Shown here: in pieces, positions 8,158-14,777 of the stretch
How positions within the stretch are numbered: position 1 is the stretch's first letter
Layout of the letters: the number at the start of each line of letters is the position of its first letter
Assembly: GCA_000503915.1 (NCBI GenBank)
Contig: CP006915.1
Coordinates: 570,001-602,000 of the forward strand
Length of the DNA stretch: 32,000 bases
Direction of reading: 5' to 3'
Origin: Candidatus Saccharimonadota bacterium
Lineage (GTDB): Bacteria > Patescibacteriota > Saccharimonadia > Saccharimonadales > Saccharimonadaceae
Notes under the pieces: generated by a model
What the model was told of the DNA's origin: nothing
The model's database searches: none
The model's input: the letters and a program-made list of their open reading frames with translations, nothing else
Translations under genes and position numbers: made by a program

Positions 8158-8985
8158 CTAGCTCACTGGTGGTTGCATGTTGGGGCGCGGCGTTTCTTCG
8201 AATGTGATAGCTGAGGTATCCGTAGGTGAGATGGGCGGAACACTCGGCGGTGCCGGTACGGGAGGCGTTGGAATGGCTACGGGTGGATGCGGCGCACTAA
8301 GCTCCCTATTCATGCGATCGATCATTGGTTCGCCTTCCTCGGGACGCTCAAGCGGCTGAATGATACGGTCGCCGAGCCCGGCTGGCCGTGGCGTTGAAAA
8401 TGGTGCGGTTGGCTGCGGAAGACCAGAAGCAGGCTGTGGTGCCGGTGTGGCTGTTGCTGGGGATATTACTGGGGCTGGTGCGGCCGTCGTCGGGGTTGGT
8501 GCGACAGGAGCTGTTGCGGGACGAGGTGGCACTGCAGAGACGCTGCTAGGCATAGTGGGACGAGGAACCGGAGTTGAAGCAGGCATACCTGGTATAGCTG
8601 CCCCAGGACTCGTCGGCACATCACCGAGGATATCGTGGACGGTACGCACTACATCCTCAATGCCAACCTGTGACTTTACCAGATAACGGTCGGCACCGAG
8701 CTGCTCGCCACGTTGGCGCTGATCTTCTGAGCTAAGGGCGGTCATCATGATGACTTTGATGTTTTTGGTCTCGGTCGTCGAACGCAGGATATCGAGCATA
8801 TCGAAACCGCTGATTTTCGGCATCATTACGTCACTGATAATAAGTTGTGGACGATCCTTAATAGCCATCGCCAGCGCCTCTTCACCGTCACCGGCCGAGA
8901 CAATATCGTAGCCTTCTGCCAGTAGCCGCACCCCGTATATTTCGCGAAGACTCTTGTCGTCCTCTACCAGTAGTATCTTTGCCAT
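8158..8985 (-). CDS. response regulator: receiver domain plus a ~155-aa Pro/Thr/Ala-rich tail, no recognisable output domain
   Basis: 275 aa. The receiver (KILLVEDD..., IISDVMMPKISG, MMTAL, KS) ends near residue 120. The rest is low complexity (PVPRPTMP.., APAPVISPATATPAPQP.., PPVPAPPSVPP). Confidence 0.85.
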   Translation of the reverse strand: MAKILLVEDDKSLREIYGVRLLAEGYDIVSAGDGEEALAMAIKDRPQLIISDVMMPKISGFDMLDILRSTTETKNIKVIMMTALSSEDQRQRGEQLGADRYLVKSQVGIEDVVRTVHDILGDVPTSPGAAIPGMPASTPVPRPTMPSSVSAVPPRPATAPVAPTPTTAAPAPVISPATATPAPQPASGLPQPTAPFSTPRPAGLGDRIIQPLERPEEGEPMIDRMNRELSAPHPPVAIPTPPVPAPPSVPPISPTDTSAITFEETPRPNMQPPVS

Positions 8986-9030
8986 AATAATTCCTATTGT
9001 ACTGAATGCGGGGTAAAAATGCTATACCAC

Positions 9031-10953
9031 TTATGGTTGATTTGAGGTGTCGGGGTCACGAACCGGTACTCTAATCGTCCGCGGCCGGCTGGTGTAAGCG
9101 CTCGGATTCTGCTCGATAGTAGAAATGGGGATATTGTTATTCGGCTGCGGCACTGCGGCAACAATTGAAGTTTCGTAAGATGGCTGCGCTGTCTCGGTTT
9201 GAGCTTGAGGCGATTGCTCAAGGGATATAGCGGAAACAGCATGGATCGGCTCGTCGGCGACGGTGGCTGCAGCGGTAGCAGCCTCGATAAGCCGGTTCGC
9301 TTCCTCCTGGTCGATACGCGGCAGTGCGAGTATGAAGGTGCTTCCCTTTTTGTATTCGCTTTGTACGGTGATACGGCCGCCCATAAGCTCGGCCAGACGA
9401 CGTGACAGGTAAAGACCAAGACCAGTGCCACCAATTTCACGGGTGTCGGTATTGTCAACACGGTAGAATTTCTGGAATAAGTGCGGGATGTCCTCAGCGG
9501 GAATACCAATGCCGCTATCTTGGATGCTGACATTGACATGTGTTTCGTCGCCGCCGACATCAATAATAACATCACCCTTTAGCGTGTACTTGATGGCATT
9601 TTCAATTAAGTTCGAGACTACCTCGCGCAGATGGTCATTATCAACATGCGTGTAGTAAACCGGTATAACAACACGATCACCGCTCGCGCCAGTGTCGGTA
9701 CGCGGCTTAAAGATGAAACGCAGACCCTTTTCTTGCGCTTTGACACGTAGTCCTTCGGCCACATCAGCCACAAATTCAACCACATCCACGACAGACGGAT
9801 TATTGGTAATACGTCCGTCATCGGCTCTGGAGACGTCGAGGAGATCCTGGAATAGTCGGCCAAGATGCTGGGCTGAAGCCTGGGCTTTGGTGACGTATTC
9901 ACGGGCTTTGTCGTCGATCTGTGCGGTTGCAGGATTTAATACCAGGCCGAGGTAGCCCTCGATACTAGCCACCGGCGTGCGCATCTCGTGGCTGGCAGTC
10001 GAGATAAATTCAGCCTGCTCTCGCTCTTCGGCTTTCTCTTTCGTCATATCGCGAAAGACGATGATAGCGCCAGTACTGGGGCGGCCAATCGGGGAGACGA
10101 TAATAGAAAGCAGGACTTTCTTGCCACCCTCGGTGTGGATCGAAAAATCCTCACTGTGGACTTCCTGATTGTTCATGAGGACTTGTTCGATTGGATCGTT
10201 CTGCTGGCTGACTGGCTTGTCGGCGCGGTCGTGAAGTTTAATGACCGACTTGTAGCTGAGGTTGACGGCATCTTCCCTACCCCAACCGATCATGTGCTGG
10301 GCGGCTGGGTTGATCAGCTCTATAACGCCTCGTTTATCAACCGCGATAACACCGTCGTTGATGGCATTGATCACGACGTCCGCTTTGCTCGATTCTTGGT
10401 TGAGCTCATTCGCGAGCTGGTTGTAGGCCTTGTCACGGGTGTTTTCTCTGGGTGATTTGGTATGCCAGATGATAAAACTACCAATCAGTGGTGCGAGGCC
10501 AGCCAATGCGGCGAGGACAAAAGCCACCATGGGCGCATGAGAAAGCCCGGCGTACACCATATAGGCGATTGCACCGAAACCGAGGAGTAGATATCCGACG
10601 CCGCCGAATACACCGGCAAAGACCGCCACCGCGATCCACAGCGCAATAAACGGTGAGTTGATCTCACCGGTGTTCATCACTAGGTTGGCGGTCGTGATAA
10701 CCAGCAACGTATAGACAAGAAATGCGAATGGGTTGATGTACTTTTGTGGTGCCCATAAATACGCGATGAAGCTCGCGAGGAAGGTTCCGCCGGAAAGCAG
10801 TAGGCTGGTCCAGCCGATAATGACGAGACCATTTTCAGTGGCGTGTCCGAAGAAGTACGGTAAAAAGTAGAGTATAACCACCACAAGCGAAACAAACATC
10901 GTGCCTTCACAGATACGACGGTACCAAAATCGAGTGAGTGTCAGTGCGTGCAC
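9031..10953 (-). CDS. sensor histidine kinase (multi-TM N-terminus, PAS-like, HisKA, HATPase_c) with a ~90-aa disordered C-terminal tail
   Basis: 640 aa. H-box FISTASHEMRTPVASIEGY. N box NLIENAIKYT. G boxes DSGIGI and GTGLGLY. The N-terminal ~170 aa are hydrophobic. The start could be the internal M19. Confidence 0.85.
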   Translation of the reverse strand: MHALTLTRFWYRRICEGTMFVSLVVVILYFLPYFFGHATENGLVIIGWTSLLLSGGTFLASFIAYLWAPQKYINPFAFLVYTLLVITTANLVMNTGEINSPFIALWIAVAVFAGVFGGVGYLLLGFGAIAYMVYAGLSHAPMVAFVLAALAGLAPLIGSFIIWHTKSPRENTRDKAYNQLANELNQESSKADVVINAINDGVIAVDKRGVIELINPAAQHMIGWGREDAVNLSYKSVIKLHDRADKPVSQQNDPIEQVLMNNQEVHSEDFSIHTEGGKKVLLSIIVSPIGRPSTGAIIVFRDMTKEKAEEREQAEFISTASHEMRTPVASIEGYLGLVLNPATAQIDDKAREYVTKAQASAQHLGRLFQDLLDVSRADDGRITNNPSVVDVVEFVADVAEGLRVKAQEKGLRFIFKPRTDTGASGDRVVIPVYYTHVDNDHLREVVSNLIENAIKYTLKGDVIIDVGGDETHVNVSIQDSGIGIPAEDIPHLFQKFYRVDNTDTREIGGTGLGLYLSRRLAELMGGRITVQSEYKKGSTFILALPRIDQEEANRLIEAATAAATVADEPIHAVSAISLEQSPQAQTETAQPSYETSIVAAVPQPNNNIPISTIEQNPSAYTSRPRTIRVPVRDPDTSNQP

Positions 10954-11006
10954 TAGAAGTAATTGCCCCCTACTATCTCACCGTTTAGTATGCCAAACTT
11001 AAGCTG

Positions 11007-11036
11007 TTTACACAAGCGATCGATCGGGCGTATACT
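11007..11036 (+). promoter_or_regulatory. candidate promoter TTTACA-18 nt-TATACT
   Basis: TTTACA at 11007-11012 and TATACT at 11031-11036, about 22 nt upstream of the ATG at 11059. Confidence 0.3.
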
Positions 11037-11058
11037 GGCACAATAACGAGACTGCTAA

Positions 11059-12276
11059 ATGAGATGCGTTGAAACATTCAAACGAAGTATAGATAAAACA
11101 TTGGGGGCAGTTGCGCCGGAGCCAACAGTACTCTGGGAACGAGCGGGCGTTAACATGGAAACGACCACTGTTGAGCCTGGTCGAAGTGTCGACATACCAT
11201 TTTTCCCCAAGAGTCGTATAGATAAAAGACCTGTAGCGCTCAGCTCTGTCGATATTATCGAGAACGGTCGTCGGATTGGCGAGAAAACTACTTATTCAAT
11301 TGAGATGACGACGGGTATTAGCCGGAATGTTATCGTGTACTTACCTGCCCCTGAAGTTTTGGAGGCGGCGCGTGTCACGATTCACATGGACACGCCCTGG
11401 TTTACTGGTGAAGAAGGTCATAATGACAGCATCGCCATCGATTTTATGAAGACTACCGGCCAACCGGTGATCATGATTGGTCCCGAGAATATGGAGCAGC
11501 ATAGGAGCGGACTCTATATTGTCAAGCATTTGGCTGAGGTAGCCACTGATGCTTCGAAAGTTTCTTTGGCGCTCGCTGCGCAAGACTCAATGCAAATTGC
11601 CGGAGAGCTAGCCGAACTGCATGGGTTGGCGCGCTTGTTTGTTCAGGTCGGTGAGTCGAGGGCGGCTAATATGGCGGCTGCGAAACATCCGCATGCTGCA
11701 AGCCTCGATATTCAGAACGTGTACTATGATATTACCGACCCGACGATTGCCCAGAACATCCGTCATGACCCACGGAACCTCGTACGTGTGCCATTTTTTC
11801 CCATTAGCGAAGTGGCCAATATTGCCCCCGTTGGAGTCGATATGCTTCTTCACGGTAATCTACTCAAGGAAAAAGGTACCTTTCCGACGAGAGCACAGTA
11901 TTTGGGCGCGGCAGTTTTGGGTACCGGTCCTGCCCTTTTCGGTGGAGAAGCGGGCGAATTTCCGGCGTATTTACCCTCAGATGTGCCGGTGCATTTTTCA
12001 AACTTTACGCGTAATCCTTTGGCCGAACACAAAAAATGGCGCCAAAAGTTCGGTCACACCCAGTCAGCGGGTGTCAATCTCCATGCTGCCCACCTTGGTC
12101 TCGCCTATTCTTCGGTGCGGCGCCATGTCAGCGAGCGTATCAACCGTTTCCTTTTTGAGTATGAGTGTGTCGGTGCCATCCCAGAGAATCTCCCAATGAT
12201 CGATTACCGGCGCGTGCATCTACGCGACGATCAGCGCTTTTTGGACGGTCATGAGCATATGCCTGACGTGGCATAA
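11059..12276 (+). CDS. hypothetical protein, weak alpha/beta-hydrolase-like nucleophile elbow
   Basis: 405-aa ORF. LFVQVGESRAANMAAA resembles a strand-GxSxG/A-helix nucleophile elbow. Nothing else is recognisable. An alternative start is M33 at 11155. A terminator hairpin follows. Confidence 0.55.
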   Translation: MRCVETFKRSIDKTLGAVAPEPTVLWERAGVNMETTTVEPGRSVDIPFFPKSRIDKRPVALSSVDIIENGRRIGEKTTYSIEMTTGISRNVIVYLPAPEVLEAARVTIHMDTPWFTGEEGHNDSIAIDFMKTTGQPVIMIGPENMEQHRSGLYIVKHLAEVATDASKVSLALAAQDSMQIAGELAELHGLARLFVQVGESRAANMAAAKHPHAASLDIQNVYYDITDPTIAQNIRHDPRNLVRVPFFPISEVANIAPVGVDMLLHGNLLKEKGTFPTRAQYLGAAVLGTGPALFGGEAGEFPAYLPSDVPVHFSNFTRNPLAEHKKWRQKFGHTQSAGVNLHAAHLGLAYSSVRRHVSERINRFLFEYECVGAIPENLPMIDYRRVHLRDDQRFLDGHEHMPDVA

Positions 12277-12280
12277 AAAT

Positions 12281-12298
12281 ACACCTCTTTGGAGGTGT
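12281..12298 (+). terminator. terminator-like hairpin after the 405-aa gene
   Basis: ACACCTC (12281-12287), loop TTTG, GAGGTGT (12292-12298), then TATTAAA. It begins 5 nt after the TAA stop. Confidence 0.45.
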
Positions 12299-12319
12299 TA
12301 TTAAACGCTAGTTCTTCCG

Positions 12320-12367
12320 GCGGATCGGAACCGGCTTTCCCCTGTAGGGGCGCCAGTTCCGATCCGC
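12320..12367. other. long GC-rich compound hairpin downstream of the GC-rich gene
   Basis: GCGGATCGGAAC (12320-12331) pairs with GTTCCGATCCGC (12356-12367). Inner GGC/GCC and CCCC-TGTA-GGGG (plus strand; TACA on the minus-strand transcript) pairings are also present. There is no U-tract on either strand. Confidence 0.5.
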
Positions 12368-12381
12368 GCTGGTAGGGAGGG

Positions 12382-12786
12382 TCAGACGGTGGTCAGGTAC
12401 TCCCGATGCCACTGAGCCTGAAGGTTCCGCTTCCGATCAGCGGTTTGCCGCTTGGAACGGATGGTGTAGCGACGGCCGGCGTGCTGCTGCAAGCGGATGT
12501 TGCGCATCTCGGTCACGCCATCGGCGGGAATGAGCGTCACGCCACGGAGCTTGACCGTACCGGCTCCCATCATCTCGACGATGAACTCGTCGATCTTGCC
12601 AGTGAAGGCTGGGTGTAGGCCTTCCGACCGCACGATATGCTGGGCGACTGCCCGGCTGTTCGCGCCGTTGTAGTACTCGCCGTGACGTGCCTTCTCGTTG
12701 ACGAGGTGTGCGACGTACCTGCGGTTGACGTGAGTCTGACTCACAGTCCCTCCCTGGTGTTTGACACGCATAAATCGGTCGCCCAT
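12382..12786 (-). CDS. hypothetical protein, GC-rich and strongly GC3-biased (probably foreign), basic C-terminus
   Basis: 134-aa ORF. Codons are overwhelmingly C/G-ending (GAC, GTC, CAC, AAC, TAC, ATC, GAG, AAG). Two hand-counted 60-nt samples (12401-12460, 12461-12520) are 62% and 65% G+C, against 48% for a sample of the neighbouring CDS (11161-11220). No family recognised. Confidence 0.65.
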   Translation of the reverse strand: MGDRFMRVKHQGGTVSQTHVNRRYVAHLVNEKARHGEYYNGANSRAVAQHIVRSEGLHPAFTGKIDEFIVEMMGAGTVKLRGVTLIPADGVTEMRNIRLQQHAGRRYTIRSKRQTADRKRNLQAQWHREYLTTV

Positions 12787-12835
12787 CTTGGTCGGCCGGA
12801 GAGCTTATTGCGAAAAGCTCTCATGCGATAGATAT

Positions 12836-12864
12836 GTTATACAAAAATATCCCTAATATGTCAA
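12836..12864 (-). promoter_or_regulatory. near-consensus promoter TTGACA-17 nt-TATAAC driving the GC-rich gene
   Basis: On the minus strand, TTGACA is the reverse complement of 12859-12864 and TATAAC of 12836-12841, with a 17-nt spacer. A leader hairpin follows: GAGAGCTT/AAGCTCTC at 12799-12822. Confidence 0.5.
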
Positions 12865-12876
12865 GAGCAAGGTTGT

Positions 12877-13686
12877 CTACCTTAGATCTTCTTCATCTTC
12901 ACTATCATCGTCAGTTTTGCTGCCAGACCCACTGCCGCTTTTACTTTGGCTGTCATCGTCTGTACTCTTGGGTGCTTCGGCAGAACTGCTATCGTCAGTT
13001 TTCCCACTTCCAGATGAAGTGCTGCTATCATCATCTTTTGACTGGTCAGAGGTAGAGTTCCGGTCGTCACTCGATTTGCTTTCACTGGATTTCTTCGAAC
13101 TTGAGGGGGTTTTGGCACGGACGACTGCGCCCGTCTCGGCGTTGATATCGACACGCGCTTCATCGGTAAATCGTATACTATAAAGCACGATGCCGTCGTC
13201 AGACTCAATCTCTATTTTATTAATAATCTTACCAGGCATTGTCGATTTTGCGACTTCGACGGCTTTTGCGAGACCAATGCCGCCCTTGAAGGTGGCGGGT
13301 ATCGATTCGAGTGCGCGGTCTGACTTGTCTTCACTTTCCGTCGCAATCTTTTCGCCAGAGGTAGCGTCAAAGGTAATAACGGTGCCGTCAGACAATGTTG
13401 CGCTGTAGACGAGCTTTCCATCCTGGGTTTTTAGCTCAATCCCTGTTACGGTAGCAGCATCTTTTCCGTCGAGGGCGCTTTCTTTGATGGTCGCGAGATC
13501 AACCAGCCCTGCCAGATTTGTCGTGTCAAGCTCGATTGCCTTGCTGGTCTGAGCTAAATCGTTTTTCTGAGAGTCCGACTGCATTGAGGAGAAGAATTTC
13601 CAGCCGAGCAGGCCGATGATGATGACTACTATTACGCCAATAACGATTTCGATGGCCGAGAAGCCGGATTGTCTGTTTGTTTTCAT
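12877..13686 (-). CDS. pilin-like (class III signal) protein with two PepSY-like domains and an acidic Ser/Asp-rich tail
   Basis: 269 aa. N-terminus MKTNRQSG|FSAIEIVIGVIVVIIIGLL fits the prepilin G/F(T,S)xxE motif followed by a hydrophobic helix. Two PepSY-like units: ..VTGIELKTQDGKLVYSATLSDGTVITFDATSGEKI and ..AKAVEVAKSTMPGKIINKIEIESDDGIVLYSIRFTDEARVDINAETGAVV. The tail of ~78 aa is Ser/Asp/Lys/Gly-rich. SD AGGAGTGA lies upstream. Confidence 0.8.
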   Translation of the reverse strand: MKTNRQSGFSAIEIVIGVIVVIIIGLLGWKFFSSMQSDSQKNDLAQTSKAIELDTTNLAGLVDLATIKESALDGKDAATVTGIELKTQDGKLVYSATLSDGTVITFDATSGEKIATESEDKSDRALESIPATFKGGIGLAKAVEVAKSTMPGKIINKIEIESDDGIVLYSIRFTDEARVDINAETGAVVRAKTPSSSKKSSESKSSDDRNSTSDQSKDDDSSTSSGSGKTDDSSSAEAPKSTDDDSQSKSGSGSGSKTDDDSEDEEDLR

Positions 13687-13964
13687 CTACTTCACTCCTA
13701 TTTATTGCTTATGGTAATAGAAAAAGTGTACAGGCTCGTTATTATTTGCACAATAGTTTTTATACCGCAACTGCCACCCGCTTGTCTTGGTAAAGCAAGC
13801 TTCTTGTTTCTAATTCCACTGGTCAAGCGGTCGCTCCGCTCCCTATATCCGCTTGTTTGTAAAAATATGTAAACACATTTTACCTCTCTTCGCTTCACGA
13901 AGTCCGGTTGTCGTGCTGGCTTCACCAGCACCAATCCGGCTTCGGTTCACCGCGTAAGGCAGCT

Positions 13965-14002
13965 AAGAAAATTGTCCCAGCAGATGCTGAGACAATTTTC
14001 TT
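13965..14002 (-). terminator. hairpin immediately 3' of tRNA-Glu
   Basis: AAGAAAATTGTC (13965-13976) pairs with GACAATTTTCTT (13991-14002), with an inner CAGC/GCTG pairing. The T-rich run lies within the 3' arm on the minus strand. Confidence 0.45.
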
Positions 14003-14076
14003 GGTGACCTTACCGGGAATCGAACCCGGATTGCCAGGATGAGAACCTGATGTCCTAACCGTTAGACGATAAGGCC
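14002..14076 (-). tRNA. tRNA-Glu (anticodon CTC), CCA encoded
   Basis: The hand-folded 75-nt cloverleaf is GGCCTTA TC GTCT AACGGTTA GGAC A TCAGG TTCTCAT CCTGG CAAT CCGGG TTCGATT CCCGG TAAGGTC A CCA. All four stems pair. Confidence 0.9.
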
Positions 14077-14279
14077 AGATGGTGAGTGAAATGTGCAGAA
14101 AATGTGTTCACATATTTTCTCACTTTTCCGAGGCATCGCCGACTTATCTCGAAGAGATAAGGTGGAATCTGCTTTGATACGAAACACTTTCCGAATCGAG
14201 CGGTCTCATCTCGAAGAGATAGGGCCAGATTCTAGATTATTTCGACTCAAACAATACTATCAAAACAGAGGCGGATTGT

Positions 14280-14663
14280 CTAGGAGTCCTCGCTAAGTTT
14301 ATCGAGTATGCTTAGTAACTTCTTGGGAGTGATATCGGCCTTAATAAGATAGGCGTCAACATTGTGCTCCATCACTTGACGCGACTCCTCGGCCTGGTCG
14401 AAATTAGTCAGAACAACAACTTTGGTGTCTGGGATAAGATCCTCTTTGCCGCCGCGTAAGGCGTCGAGGATTTCGCCACCGCGTCGCTCGGGCAGCATAA
14501 TATCAAGCAAAATTGCATCGTAACGTTTGTTCCGTGCCGCAATCAGCCCATCATTGCCGTCTACCATCCAATCAACGTCGTAGCCAGCTTTACGCAAGCT
14601 ACGGACGTACATTTCACCGATAAAACGGTCGTCTTCGATGATGAGGATTGTTTTTATAGCCAT
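14280..14663 (-). CDS. stand-alone response-regulator receiver (CheY-like)
   Basis: 127 aa. ILIIEDD, phospho-acceptor context ILLDIMLP, VVVLTN, and K in YLIKAD. No output domain. Confidence 0.85.
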   Translation of the reverse strand: MAIKTILIIEDDRFIGEMYVRSLRKAGYDVDWMVDGNDGLIAARNKRYDAILLDIMLPERRGGEILDALRGGKEDLIPDTKVVVLTNFDQAEESRQVMEHNVDAYLIKADITPKKLLSILDKLSEDS

Positions 14664-14777
14664 ATGCTTTATATTATAGCGCTTTTCAGGGAAAAGAGCA
14701 GCCGGACTGGTAAATTTACTTCACCGCCCGCGCGATGAGAAAAACCGTAGGTTTGTCTCATAAGGCGAAGCCGCATC

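Noticed and set aside
8177-8686. Plus-strand ORFs 8177..8359 and 8360..8686, encoding Gly-rich peptides
   Set aside because: They are antisense shadows of the Pro-rich (CCN) tail of the response regulator. They have no start context and no independent signal.
8994-12199. Long alternative-frame or antisense ORFs inside the kinase and the 405-aa gene (8994..9575 -, 9988..10455 +, 11621..12199 +, and others)
   Set aside because: They are fully nested in ORFs that carry clear domain motifs. Their translations are low-complexity or Arg/Ser/Cys-rich, with no motifs or SD sites.
13860-13960. Possible SRP RNA or RNase P RNA, prompted by GAAGTCCGG and a GNRA-like capped helix
   Set aside because: The helix is a perfect 7-bp stem without the conserved SRP domain IV internal loops (no GGAAGCAGC-type motif). 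The free space is far too short for RNase P RNA.
13698-14296. Intergenic ORFs 13698..13934 (-) and 14093..14296 (+)
   Set aside because: No SD and odd composition. They overlap hairpin and palindrome elements and the tRNA flank. They are more plausibly non-coding.
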